Shown: positions 8,667 through 18,336, counted from the stretch's first letter. The stretch is DNA of 24,000 nt from an uncultured Pseudobdellovibrionaceae bacterium (GCA_964388665.1 CAYMBJ010000050.1:4454-28453); one strand, 5' to 3'. Made by a program: numbers and translations. Notes: generated from the sequence alone by a model not told the origin.

Positions 8667-10193
8667 TCAAACCTCTTTGGCGAATTCGTGCAGATCGGTG
8701 GGGTATTTGCCATCAAAGCAGGCGGCGCAAAAGTCCTGGGAGGATTTTTCCAGGGCTTTGAACATTCCAGCAATGGACAGATATTTTAAACTGTCGGCTT
8801 CGATGAATTTGCAAATCTCTTCGCAGGTGTAGCGTGAAGCAATCAGTTGCGATTTCATGGGAGTATCGACGCCATAGAAGCACGGACCGACCGTGGGTGG
8901 TGCGGCAATGCGAATGTGCACCTCTTTGGCGCCAGCCTGGCGAATCAGTCCCACAATCTTGCGACTGGTGGTCCCTCGCACCAGGGAGTCATCAATCACA
9001 ATCACTCGTTTTCCTTTGAGCACAGAGCTTTGCGGATTGAGCTTGATGCGCACACCGAAATCACGAATGTCTTGGGTGGGCTGAATAAAGGTTCGGCCTA
9101 TGTAATGATTGCGGATGATGCCCAATTCAAAATCGATTCCGCTCTCTTGAGCATAACCAATTGCGGCCGCCACTCCACTGTCGGGGACAGGGATCACCAG
9201 GTCCGCATCCACAGAAAACTCTTTGGCTAGCTGCTTGCCAAAGGCCTTGCGGGCTTCATAAACGCTGCGATCAAACACCAAACTATCAGGCCGCGCAAAA
9301 TAAACGTGTTCAAAGACACAGTGAGCACGTCGCGGTGCTTTTTGAAAGGTCTGCGAGCGCAGACCCTGCTTGTCCACGACCACCAATTCACCAGGCGCCA
9401 CTTCCCGAATGTATTCGGCACCGATGAGATCAAAGGCACAGGTTTCACTGGCAAACACATAGGACTCTTGAGTTTCGCCTTTGGCATCTTCATATTTCAT
9501 TCGGCCCATCACAAGAGGACGAAAACCATAGGGATCGCGCGCCACCACCACTTGAGAATCACTCATCAGCACCATACTGTAGGCACCGTCGAGCCGGGGC
9601 AGAATATCTGCAAGCGCAGTGACAAAATCATCCGAAGGGTGCCGAGAAAGAAAGTGCAGCACCACCTCGGTGTCGGAGCTCCCTTGAAAGATCGCGCCTG
9701 ATTTCTGCAGTTCTTGCTTTAAGGCACGGTAATTGATCAGGTTTCCGTTGTGGGCAACGGCCACAGAACCATTGATCAGATTTGCAGTGAGCGGCTGAGC
9801 ATTGGCGATCAGATTTTGCCCCGTGGTGGAGTAGCGAACATGGCCAATGGCTGCATGACCGCTGATACGGTTGAGGTTGGTTTCATTGAACACTTCAGAA
9901 ACAAGACCCAAGCCCTTGTGGTGCAAATGAGTTCCATCCGCTTGGAGTGTCACCAGACCCGCAGACTCTTGCCCGCGATGCTGCATCGAAAACAGACCGA
10001 GATAAGAAATTTGTGAAGCCTGCGGATGATTCCATATCGCGAACACTCCGCATTCATCTTTCCAACCCTTAGACTCTTTTACCCCGCCAAATATCCCGCT
10101 AGATAGCCCGCCAAATCCGGCGCGAGACTCCCCACCAGGTGCGCCGTAAGATATGCCGATAGATGCTCTCTCGATTTCCGAATTTAGATCCAT
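8667..10193 (-). CDS. purF: Amidophosphoribosyltransferase PurF with a long predicted N-terminal propeptide
   Basis: CGVFAIWNHPQASQISYLGLFSMQHRGQESAGLV (N-terminal nucleophile Cys48), GHVRYSTTG-type IGHVRYSTTGQN, VIVIDDSLVRGTTSRKIV (PRPP loop), YGVDTPMKSQLIA. AAAGAGG lies upstream of the ATG. Confidence 0.95.
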   Translation of the reverse strand: MDLNSEIERASIGISYGAPGGESRAGFGGLSSGIFGGVKESKGWKDECGVFAIWNHPQASQISYLGLFSMQHRGQESAGLVTLQADGTHLHHKGLGLVSEVFNETNLNRISGHAAIGHVRYSTTGQNLIANAQPLTANLINGSVAVAHNGNLINYRALKQELQKSGAIFQGSSDTEVVLHFLSRHPSDDFVTALADILPRLDGAYSMVLMSDSQVVVARDPYGFRPLVMGRMKYEDAKGETQESYVFASETCAFDLIGAEYIREVAPGELVVVDKQGLRSQTFQKAPRRAHCVFEHVYFARPDSLVFDRSVYEARKAFGKQLAKEFSVDADLVIPVPDSGVAAAIGYAQESGIDFELGIIRNHYIGRTFIQPTQDIRDFGVRIKLNPQSSVLKGKRVIVIDDSLVRGTTSRKIVGLIRQAGAKEVHIRIAAPPTVGPCFYGVDTPMKSQLIASRYTCEEICKFIEADSLKYLSIAGMFKALEKSSQDFCAACFDGKYPTDLHEFAKEV

Positions 10194-12421
10194 GAAACCT
10201 CTTTGCGGTTATCACACCACTCGGCTGTGGAAATAGCAAACTCTCTGCCCCAGGTCACATGTTTTCGTTGAACTTCACCTATGTTCATGATCTGCAGGGC
10301 TTCGGTGGCCGAAGACGCCCCCACCCTTTCGGTCACACTCAAGCCCACATTTGAAAACTTTTCTTTGAGCTGAGCACTGACCGCATTGACCTCAGAGGCC
10401 TTCACTACAAAAACGGCCGAATACATATCTTCACTCATGAGCTCGGTCGGCGACTCAAAGGACTCGAGAACCTTTTCGGTGATCTCAAAACCCAAATCCT
10501 GTGTGCACATCTTCATGAGGGTCCAAAAGAGCCCGCCCACGCCGACACTTCTGGTGGTGGCGATGGTGTCGCAATTTTCTAAAATCATTTCGCGAATGGT
10601 TTTTAAAAAGTGATAGCCGGTCTCGCAATCAAACTGCCCCTCATAGATGGACTCTACCTTGAGCGCTTCTGAGATTTGAGCCACTGCCTTGACCTGCGGA
10701 CAGCGCACCCACAAGAGCCTTCCCTCACCAACAAAATGATCGCGCGGAATCGCATTGAGGTCGATTTCGCTCAGGCCAATCATGCCAGTTGCAGGAGTCG
10801 AGGTGATGTTTTGACCAAAGGTTTCGTTGTAAAAGCTGACATTGCCACTCACTACAGGGGCATCCAAAGTCTTTGCCGCTTTGGCGATGCACTCAACAGA
10901 AGTGACAAACTCAGCCATTATGCCTGCCTTTTCGGGGTTACCAAAATTCAGACAGTCCGTCACAGCCATTGGCAAAAATCCCTTCACCGCCATTTGCAGG
11001 GCTGGATAAAAGACGGCATCAAAGGCACCTAGCTCTGGGTTCATGCGCATAAATGCGGGACGACACCCCACCGCCACACTCAAGGCGCGCCCAGAGGGCA
11101 GTCGCAATATGGCCAGGCTCTCACTGCAATCACGAACCGTGCGCCCACCCACGCGTTGGTCGTACTGACGGTAAATCTCTTTTTTGCTCTGAAAGACGGG
11201 CGATTTAGAAAGCTCGGCAAAAACGCGCTCGACATAGCCAAACGTGTTGCTCATTTCGCTCAAGGGCAGATTGCGCCCCTGTTTGCGCGGAAGCCCCACA
11301 GCTCGGTCGTACTTAGGAGCGGAGTCAACAATGAGGCTGGGTTTGATTTTTGTTAAAACTTCGCCATGGTGGGAGATCACTATGTGGGGATCCTGAGTGA
11401 CCTGACCCAAAACCGCCGCGTCCAAATCCCATCGATTAAAAATTGCCGCCACCTCGTCAAAATCTTCGGGCTTTAAAATCAACAGCATGCGCTCTTGGGA
11501 CTCGCTGAGCAAAATCTCTTCGGCAGAGATGCTGCTGTCGCGCACGGGAACCTTATCCAAATCCAAAGTCAGGCCAACGCCTCCTTTGGCGGCCATTTCA
11601 AAAGAGCTTGAGGTGAGGCCCGCTGCACCCATATCCTGCATCGCCACAATCTTTTTTGTTTGCAGCGCCTCGAGACAGGCTTCGATCAGCAGCTTTTCGA
11701 AAAATGGATCACCGATCTGCACATTGGGTTTTTTACTTTCGGTATCATCAGAAAAACTCTCGCTCGCCATACTGGCGCCGTGAACGCCATCGCGCCCCGT
11801 TTTGGCGCCGACATAGACCACTAAATTTCCTGGCCCCTGAGCTCCGCTCAATGCCATAGGCATGCCTTCTTCAATCAACCCGACCGCCATCGCATTGACA
11901 AGCACGTTGGTGTTGTAGGAGCTATGAAACTCGGTCTGTCCAGTGACGGTGGGCACACCTACGCAATTGCCATAACCGCCAATCCCCTTGACCACGCCCT
12001 CGATGATGCTCGGCATACGCGGCGCCGTCACTTCACCAAAACACAAAAAGTCTGCGAGCGCGATGGGCCTTGCTCCCATCGTAAAGATGTCACGCAAGAT
12101 GCCGCCCACACCAGTCGCGGCCCCCTGGTAGGGTTCAATAAAGGAAGGATGGTTGTGGCTTTCCATTTTGAAGGCAACCTTTTCTCCCTGCCCCAAATCG
12201 ATCACGCCAGCATTTTCACCCTCAGACTCCATGGTGCGAGAGTTGCGGTAACTGAATTTTCGCAAATGAATTTTAGAGCTCTTGTAACTGCAGTGTTCAC
12301 TCCAGAGCGCCGAGAACAGGGCCCATTCGACACCCTTGGGCTCACGTCCCAGTAAGGATTTGATCAATTCGTACTCGTGGGAATTGAGGCGATAGTGCTT
12401 TAATCTGGCTTCAATATTCAT
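10184..12421 (-). CDS. purL: Phosphoribosylformylglycinamidine synthase subunit PurL (small-type)
   Basis: ALWSEHCSYKSSKIHLR, VAFKMESHNHPSFIEPYQGAATGVGGILRDIFTMGARPIA, QDMGAAGLTSSSFEMA, CLNFGNPEKAGIM, PVVSGNVSFYNET. Confidence 0.96.
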   Translation of the reverse strand: MNIEARLKHYRLNSHEYELIKSLLGREPKGVEWALFSALWSEHCSYKSSKIHLRKFSYRNSRTMESEGENAGVIDLGQGEKVAFKMESHNHPSFIEPYQGAATGVGGILRDIFTMGARPIALADFLCFGEVTAPRMPSIIEGVVKGIGGYGNCVGVPTVTGQTEFHSSYNTNVLVNAMAVGLIEEGMPMALSGAQGPGNLVVYVGAKTGRDGVHGASMASESFSDDTESKKPNVQIGDPFFEKLLIEACLEALQTKKIVAMQDMGAAGLTSSSFEMAAKGGVGLTLDLDKVPVRDSSISAEEILLSESQERMLLILKPEDFDEVAAIFNRWDLDAAVLGQVTQDPHIVISHHGEVLTKIKPSLIVDSAPKYDRAVGLPRKQGRNLPLSEMSNTFGYVERVFAELSKSPVFQSKKEIYRQYDQRVGGRTVRDCSESLAILRLPSGRALSVAVGCRPAFMRMNPELGAFDAVFYPALQMAVKGFLPMAVTDCLNFGNPEKAGIMAEFVTSVECIAKAAKTLDAPVVSGNVSFYNETFGQNITSTPATGMIGLSEIDLNAIPRDHFVGEGRLLWVRCPQVKAVAQISEALKVESIYEGQFDCETGYHFLKTIREMILENCDTIATTRSVGVGGLFWTLMKMCTQDLGFEITEKVLESFESPTELMSEDMYSAVFVVKASEVNAVSAQLKEKFSNVGLSVTERVGASSATEALQIMNIGEVQRKHVTWGREFAISTAEWCDNRKEVSWI

Positions 12422-13056
12422 ACAAACAGAGCTCCATCCTGACTTCCCATCCAGGCAAAAAGTGCACGTTCCGGATGAGGCATCAAGGCCATAACATTTT
12501 TCTTTTCATTCATGACTCCTGCGACATCATCTAATGAGCCATTGGGATTGTCTTCGTAGGTGAACCACACCATGTCTTTGTCCCACAATCTTTTGAGCTG
12601 ATCCTTTTCACAAACAAAGCGCCCCTCACCATGGGCAATGGGCAAATTGAACCTTTGCCCGGTCTTAGCTTGCGGCAAAAAGCCCTTGGCAGAGTTCTGC
12701 AATTTGACCTGCACCCAATCATCAATAAAACGCAAATTTGAATTGCGAATCAAAGCTCCCGGCAGCAGTCCGGATTCGCACAGAACTTGAAAGCCATTGC
12801 ATATACCCAATACCGGCTTGCCTGCCTTGGCAAAGGCGCGCACCGAGGTCATGGCCTGACTTTTGGCCGCCATGGCGCCACAGCGCAGATAGTCCCCATA
12901 CGAAAAGCCACCTGGTACAATCACTGCATCCAAACCAGAAACTTCAAAGTGATCCTTGTGCCAGCACCACACGGGGGTGTGCCCGCGAGCGCTCACCATC
13001 TGCCATACGTCACGGTCACAGTTGGTCCCAGGAAATCGCAGCACTCCTATTTTCAT
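12418..13056 (-). CDS. purQ: Phosphoribosylformylglycinamidine synthase glutaminase subunit PurQ
   Basis: VLRFPGTNCDRD, DAVIVPGGFSYGDYLRCGAMA, VLGICNGFQVLCESGLLPGAL, LPIAHGEGRF, ALMPHPERA. ATGA overlap with purL. Confidence 0.95.
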   Translation of the reverse strand: MKIGVLRFPGTNCDRDVWQMVSARGHTPVWCWHKDHFEVSGLDAVIVPGGFSYGDYLRCGAMAAKSQAMTSVRAFAKAGKPVLGICNGFQVLCESGLLPGALIRNSNLRFIDDWVQVKLQNSAKGFLPQAKTGQRFNLPIAHGEGRFVCEKDQLKRLWDKDMVWFTYEDNPNGSLDDVAGVMNEKKNVMALMPHPERALFAWMGSQDGALFV

Positions 13057-13295
13057 TCGGATTGCCTTTCGATCACAAAGGTCTCAAGCAATGGGTTGTA
13101 AAGAACGAACTCCGTCATGGCCTTGACCTTGCTCTCGGCTTTCTCAACATCGGTTTCGTCCACTTCGATTTCGACGTACTTACCGATTCGGCAGTTTTCT
13201 AGCTCATAGTGATTGTCTTTAAGCAACTTTTCAACGGTGCGCCCCTGCGTATCGAGCAGTACACTTCTGGGCATAATGCGAACTCCAAATTTCAC
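13053..13295 (-). CDS. purS: Phosphoribosylformylglycinamidine synthase subunit PurS
   Basis: 80-aa protein with GVRIMPRSVLLDTQGRTVEKLL...VRIGKYVEIEV-like and LLETFVIE motifs, directly upstream of purQ and purL; ATGA overlap with purQ. Confidence 0.9.
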   Translation of the reverse strand: MKFGVRIMPRSVLLDTQGRTVEKLLKDNHYELENCRIGKYVEIEVDETDVEKAESKVKAMTEFVLYNPLLETFVIERQSE

Positions 13296-13319
13296 GGTCT
13301 CTTTCTCCTTTAAAAATTA

Positions 13320-14087
13320 CTAAAGCTCAACGCCAATGTGACTCATATAGGTGCACAGGCGCTTGTGCACCTCTGCATAGGCTTCGGCCACGCCTCCCAA
13401 ATCATTGCGAAAACGATCCTTGTCATACTTCTCCAGGGTCTTTGCGTCCCACAGGCGACAGCAGTCCGGCGTTATCTCGTCAGCCAATAGGAGTTTTCCG
13501 TCAGCATCACGACCGAATTCCAGCTTAAAATCAATCAAGCGAAAACCAAGATCGCCAAAAATATCCTTTAAATGCACATTCACTTCGAGAGCGGCGGTCT
13601 TGAGCGCCATCAGATCCACCTCGGGAGCTAGGCCCATCGCCAAAATCTGATCATCAGAAACAAAGGGGTCGCTTAGTCCATCATCTTTAAAATAAAACTC
13701 CACCACAGGTCGAGTCAGCGCACCACCTTCCGGGCGATGAAATCGCTTCGCGAGCGAACCCGCCACAGAATTTCGCACCACAACTTCGAGTGGAACGATT
13801 TTGACCTTTTCCACCTGCATATAGCGCTCGGTTTGCCATTGCACAAAGTGCGAGGCGATGCCTTTGCGGCGCAAATAACGAAAAATCAAGGTCGCCATTT
13901 CGCCATTGAGTCGCCCTTTATCAGCAAAGCTTCCCTTTTTTTGCGCATTGAAGGCAGTGAGATCATCTTTGAACTCCATCCACACCTGGCGGGGAACATT
14001 GGGATCTTGATAAATCTTTTTTGCCTTACCTTCGTAAATCAGCTGACCGAAACGCTCCTTCATCTTGTCTGTGTTTATTGAATTCAT
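13320..14087 (-). CDS. purC: Phosphoribosylaminoimidazole-succinocarboxamide synthase (SAICAR synthetase)
   Basis: LIYEGKAKKIYQ, KDDLTAFNAQKKGSFADKGRLNG, VVVRNSVAGSLAKR, GFRLIDFKLEFGRDADGKLLLADEITPDCCRLWD. Confidence 0.95.
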   Translation of the reverse strand: MNSINTDKMKERFGQLIYEGKAKKIYQDPNVPRQVWMEFKDDLTAFNAQKKGSFADKGRLNGEMATLIFRYLRRKGIASHFVQWQTERYMQVEKVKIVPLEVVVRNSVAGSLAKRFHRPEGGALTRPVVEFYFKDDGLSDPFVSDDQILAMGLAPEVDLMALKTAALEVNVHLKDIFGDLGFRLIDFKLEFGRDADGKLLLADEITPDCCRLWDAKTLEKYDKDRFRNDLGGVAEAYAEVHKRLCTYMSHIGVEL

Positions 14088-15373
14088 AGATTGATCCTCT
14101 TCACTAATTGTTTAAATGCCTTTTGATGACCTTGACCCGAGAAAATAGAGTCCAATTCGGTTTTCGAAAAGTGCTTGCTCAGCACGCTGTCTTTTAAAAT
14201 CAAATCGCGCATATGATCGCCGCGCCCGAGCGAATGCGCCACTCGCTGCACGTGCTTATAGGCCTCTTCACGCGAGAACCCCTGCTTTACCAAATGCAAC
14301 AGCAGATGTGAGCTAAAGAGCGTGCCCTGTGAGAGTTCCAGGTTTTCAAGCATCTTCTTTTTATTAACATGCAAGCCATCCAAAAGGTCGGCCATGCGGT
14401 GTAAAGCATAGTCTACCACAATAAAAGCATCTGGAAAGATCACCCTCTCAACTGAGGAGTGCGAGATGTCACGCTCGTGCCAGAGAGCAATGTTTTCTAG
14501 CGCCGACAAAAAATAGCCTCGCACCAAGCGCGCAAGCCCGGTGATATTTTCGGCGCTGATGGGATTTTTTTTATGAGGCATGGCCGAGCTGCCCTTTTGA
14601 CCAACCGTAAATCCTTCGACCACTTCACTCACTTCAGATCTCTGCAAATGCCGAAGCTCGACGGCCAAGCGCTCGAGCCCTGCCATCACAAAGCTCAGCG
14701 CACCGATCATTTCGGCATGCCGATCGCGAGGGATCACCTGTGTGGCAACACTCTCTGCCTGCAAACCTAAACGCTTGGCCACTTTTTTCTCTACTTCAGG
14801 AGGCTGACTCGAATAGGTGCCAACCGCACCTGAGAGTTTGCAAATTTTAAAATTATCGAGAGCGAGCTCCAAGCGCCGATGATTGCGTTTGAGCTCCATC
14901 AAGAATCCCGCCATCTTGATCCCGAAACTCGTTGGCTCAGCAAACATGCCGTGGGTTCGCCCTGGGCAAATGGTCGACTCGTGCTTTTTCACCAACTTTG
15001 ACAAGGATCGTTCCAACCGCTGGACCCCGGCCATCAGCAGGTCTGTGGCTTCCCAAACCTGCAAGCTAAAAGCTGTGTCTAGAACATCAGATGAGGTCAT
15101 ACCGAAATGAACAAACTTTCCGTGGGGCCCCACATTCTCTGCAACTGAAGACACAAAGGCAATCACATCATGCTTGGTGATCTTTTCAATCTCTTGAATT
15201 CTTTTTACAGAGAACTTGGCTTTGGCACGGATACTGCGCGCGGCCGCTTTGGGTATGATTCCAAGCTCTGCTTGCGCCAATGCGACTTGAGTTTCTACTT
15301 CTAGCATTTTGCCAAAGCGATGCTCTAAGTCCCAAAGGACTCCCATTTCAGCTCGGGTGTAACGTTCGATCAC
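14084..15373 (-). CDS. purB: Adenylosuccinate lyase
   Basis: MIERYTRAEMGVLWDLEHRF, HGTHG-type CPGRTHGMFAEPTSFGIKM, signature VGQKGSSAMPHKKNPISAENI. GTG start with AGGAAGG upstream. Confidence 0.95.
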   Translation of the reverse strand: MIERYTRAEMGVLWDLEHRFGKMLEVETQVALAQAELGIIPKAAARSIRAKAKFSVKRIQEIEKITKHDVIAFVSSVAENVGPHGKFVHFGMTSSDVLDTAFSLQVWEATDLLMAGVQRLERSLSKLVKKHESTICPGRTHGMFAEPTSFGIKMAGFLMELKRNHRRLELALDNFKICKLSGAVGTYSSQPPEVEKKVAKRLGLQAESVATQVIPRDRHAEMIGALSFVMAGLERLAVELRHLQRSEVSEVVEGFTVGQKGSSAMPHKKNPISAENITGLARLVRGYFLSALENIALWHERDISHSSVERVIFPDAFIVVDYALHRMADLLDGLHVNKKKMLENLELSQGTLFSSHLLLHLVKQGFSREEAYKHVQRVAHSLGRGDHMRDLILKDSVLSKHFSKTELDSIFSGQGHQKAFKQLVKRINL

Positions 15374-16688
15374 GATCTTTTTCCTTCCTCAACCGAATCC
15401 ATCCTGCCAATTCTTCCAAATCTTCATTCTGCACTTGCGCCATGTCTGACCAGGAGTAATAAGACCACTGCTCCGGCGAACTGCCGATGACCATTTTTGC
15501 CAGACGCGGCCGTCCCACCGAATCTTCGCGGTAAACCGGAAATCGTGGTGGCCCAATCTCTTTGTAAGTATGACGAAACTCACGCGGATAGTCTTTAAGT
15601 TGCACGAAATCCACTTTCCCCATCCTATGATTGATGGCCGCAGAGATCTTTTCGCCCAATGCTTTTAAGTAATCAGAGTTGAATCTTTGTACAAAGGGAG
15701 CTTTTGCCCAAATTGCCCAGGTGTGTTGGCTCATTGCTTTTTGCACGATCAGATAATTTTCTCGAGACCAAAACAAATCAGGATCGCCAATAAACACAAA
15801 ATGATCCGGAAATTTATTAAAGTACTCGACGTCTTTCAAAGTGAATTCGTATCGCAACCAGCAAGACTCTGGATCTCGCCCCGTTTGCCCATATAGGGTT
15901 TTGCCCGCCGACTGCGATAAAAAGTAAGTCTCTTCACTGGTGAGCATCCACACCGCGGCCAAAGACTTCGTGAGCCCCACCCACTCGCCCGTGGTTTCAA
16001 TGGCAAAAAAACTCTCGGGATGCGACTTCAAAGCGACGTCTTTAAAAACGCTGTGGCTAGAAACCTGTATGCCATCCTGTTTGAGCATCTCCAGAGCCTT
16101 GGCATAGTCAGAAAGATTAAACTGCCGAAAGGAAAAGCTCTGGCGAATACGTCGCTGTGATTTCTTGTCCCAATCAATCACCCTGCGAAAGCTCATTTCG
16201 CGAGTGCTCCCCCAAATTTCGTTAAAGTACTCAAGCCAGTACTTAGCAAAAAAAGCCGGCTCGGCATTCAAGCTCGTGGTCACGGGCCCGGAGGTGGAGG
16301 CGTGAGCAGACGCGGAGGCCTGCGCTCTTCGATCCGCTTTTCTCCGATTGAAGGGACCGCGTTTATTTTGAATGTCTGCAGTCGAGCGCTCCAGATAGAA
16401 GTTTGCCATGGGCCCCTTCATTTCGTAGGGACCATCTGCAAGCCAGGCACAAATTCCACCGCCCTGTTCAATGATCTGCCCATCCAACTCCAATCGAGAT
16501 TTCCATTCTGGATGAGATTCTAATCCGGCAATTCCAAAAGGACCTTCAAAATCTTCTGTGGACCAATTACCAAGATCATGAGTAAGATCCAAAAAACCGA
16601 CGCTGAGACCCAACTTTCGAGCCTGCAACGCCAAATGCTGACCTCTGCCAAAAGCACTTACAATAAAGAGATCAAAATCTGTTTTCAT
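15348..16688 (-). CDS. Hypothetical protein with Rossmann-like N-terminus embedded in the purine operon
   Basis: 446-aa ORF with ATG start. N-terminus DLFIVSAFGRGQHLALQARKLGLSVGFLDLTHDLG resembles a nucleotide/FAD-binding beta-alpha-beta start. Its 3' end overlaps the purB start by 26 nt. Internal Ala/Ser/Thr-rich linker (RAQASASAHASTSGPVTTS). Confidence 0.75.
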   Translation of the reverse strand: MKTDFDLFIVSAFGRGQHLALQARKLGLSVGFLDLTHDLGNWSTEDFEGPFGIAGLESHPEWKSRLELDGQIIEQGGGICAWLADGPYEMKGPMANFYLERSTADIQNKRGPFNRRKADRRAQASASAHASTSGPVTTSLNAEPAFFAKYWLEYFNEIWGSTREMSFRRVIDWDKKSQRRIRQSFSFRQFNLSDYAKALEMLKQDGIQVSSHSVFKDVALKSHPESFFAIETTGEWVGLTKSLAAVWMLTSEETYFLSQSAGKTLYGQTGRDPESCWLRYEFTLKDVEYFNKFPDHFVFIGDPDLFWSRENYLIVQKAMSQHTWAIWAKAPFVQRFNSDYLKALGEKISAAINHRMGKVDFVQLKDYPREFRHTYKEIGPPRFPVYREDSVGRPRLAKMVIGSSPEQWSYYSWSDMAQVQNEDLEELAGWIRLRKEKDRDRTLHPS

Positions 16689-16762
16689 AGAGGGCCGAAG
16701 TGTAACTGTAACTGCGACATTCGGTCAAAAACAAAATCCCTACGCAAGCTCAACCGATGACC

Positions 16763-17323
16763 CTATGTGATCTGCAAAAAACTTGCACATTGACGCACAA
16801 GTCGCTGCTCAATGGTGGCAATTAAAAACTTTGCCTGATCCAAGCTCTGCGGAAGAGGCTCTAGAGCCCTTTGACTGAGGACCGCCCCCTCATCAAGCCC
16901 AGGCGTCACCAGATGCACGCTTGCGCCAACGCCTGTTTGCGTGGCAAAGCTCTTTTCAATGGCATTCAATCCTTTGTGCTGCGGCAATAGTGAAGGATGC
17001 AGGTTGATCATGCGACCGGCAAAGGCAGCAATCACCTCCGCTGGAACAATTCGCATAAAACCCAATAAAAAAACATGAGTGATGCCATATTCTTGCAATA
17101 CAGATTGCAGTCGCTGCCAATCGGGTTGCTGATGGGACATCAGCTCCACCGGCACTCCCATGCGCCGCGCCTTTTTTACTCCCGGAGCTTGGGCTCGACT
17201 TGAAATCACCAATCCCACAGCAAAACTTTCTTGTAAATCTAAGACAGCTTGCAAATTGGAGCCGCGCCCAGAAATCCAGACCGCCCACCTTTGGCGTGAT
17301 TTAAGAGCCGATCTCATTCTCAA
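16763..17323 (-). CDS. purN: Phosphoribosylglycinamide formyltransferase
   Basis: AVWISGRGSNLQAVLD, GFMRIVPAEVIAAFAGRMINLHPSLLPQHKGLNAIE, GASVHLVTPGLDEGAVLSQ. TTG start in a TTGA overlap with the purM stop. Confidence 0.93.
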   Translation of the reverse strand: MRMRSALKSRQRWAVWISGRGSNLQAVLDLQESFAVGLVISSRAQAPGVKKARRMGVPVELMSHQQPDWQRLQSVLQEYGITHVFLLGFMRIVPAEVIAAFAGRMINLHPSLLPQHKGLNAIEKSFATQTGVGASVHLVTPGLDEGAVLSQRALEPLPQSLDQAKFLIATIEQRLVRQCASFLQIT

Positions 17324-18336
17324 AGCTCAGTCCACGCACTGTAATCCACACTTGCCTCCTGCGATGGATCTTCTAAATCAATCACGCGGCCCACGGCAAT
17401 GGCTTCAAAGCCGGCATTTTCAATCACCGCACGAGCCAGGGGCTCATTGATTGGCGAAACCGCCAAAACCAAGCCGACACCGCAGTTGAGAGATTCCAGC
17501 ATCTCTTGGGCTGACATTTCCGAGCGCCTCTGCACTTCTAAAAAGGGCTCCGGAAACGGCCAAGTTTTTAGTAGGGCCTGAGTTCCCTTTGGTAACACAC
17601 GTGGGACATTTTCCATCCCGCCTCCCGTGATGTGGGCTATCGCATTTACCAACTGGCTGGCCATCAAGGCTTTAGCCAATTTCACATAAAGAGCTGTGGG
17701 CTTCATAAGTATGTCTAGCCAGGCGGCGAGATCCTTTTCAAAGAGTTTCCGCAGCAACGAATATCCATTGGAATGAAAGCCTGAGGAACTCACCCCCAGC
17801 AGCACATCGCCCACGCGAACGCGCTGAGCTCCCAGCCGCTCATCTTCGTCCACCATGCCTATGGCAAAGCCAGCACAGTCAAAATGGGGCGCACGGTACA
17901 CACCTGGCATCTCGGCGGTTTCGCCGCCAATCAGCGCGCACTCCGCCTCTACGCAGGCCTGCCGAACCGAAGTTAAGAACTCTTTGGCCTGCTCCTCATC
18001 GAGCTTGGCCACAGCATAGTAATCTAAAAAAAACAGAGGCACGCCGCCAGTGCAGATCAGGTCGTTCACACACATGGCCACCAGATCCTGACCAATGCCA
18101 CGCAGGCGCTGGTGTTCTGCGGCCAAAATCACCTTGGTCCCCACGCCATCGGTGCAGGCCACCATACAGGGCTTTTTCATTTGCGGAAAATCCGCGCGAA
18201 ACAGCGCCGCAAATCCACCAACGCCATCCACAAGCCGTGATTGCCAAGCCTGATTGCCAGGATCTTTTTGCAACCACTCCACCAGCCGATCCCCTGCCTC
18301 TACGTCCACACCAGAATTTTTATATGTTTGTTTCAT
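17320..18336 (-). CDS. purM: Phosphoribosylformylglycinamidine cyclo-ligase (AIR synthetase)
   Basis: YKNSGVDVEAGDRLVEWL, VACTDGVGTKVILA, GIGQDLVAMCVNDLICTGGVPLFFLDYYAVAKLD, CALIGGETAEMPGVY, GFHSNGYSLLRK, HITGGGMENVPRVLP. ATG at 18336 has SD AGGAG; the track ORF starts at 18354. Confidence 0.95.
   Translation of the reverse strand: MKQTYKNSGVDVEAGDRLVEWLQKDPGNQAWQSRLVDGVGGFAALFRADFPQMKKPCMVACTDGVGTKVILAAEHQRLRGIGQDLVAMCVNDLICTGGVPLFFLDYYAVAKLDEEQAKEFLTSVRQACVEAECALIGGETAEMPGVYRAPHFDCAGFAIGMVDEDERLGAQRVRVGDVLLGVSSSGFHSNGYSLLRKLFEKDLAAWLDILMKPTALYVKLAKALMASQLVNAIAHITGGGMENVPRVLPKGTQALLKTWPFPEPFLEVQRRSEMSAQEMLESLNCGVGLVLAVSPINEPLARAVIENAGFEAIAVGRVIDLEDPSQEASVDYSAWTEL

Noticed and set aside
9306-9701. 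Plus-strand ORF of 131 aa (and others inside purF and purL)
   Set aside because: Antisense shadow ORFs of well-conserved pur enzymes; translations show no domain.
11924-12355. 143-aa plus-strand ORF opposite purL
   Set aside because: Fully antisense to conserved PurL motifs; explained by codon bias on the coding strand.
12738-13202. 154-aa plus-strand ORF opposite purQ/purS
   Set aside because: Antisense to purQ and purS; no plausible start context or homology pattern.
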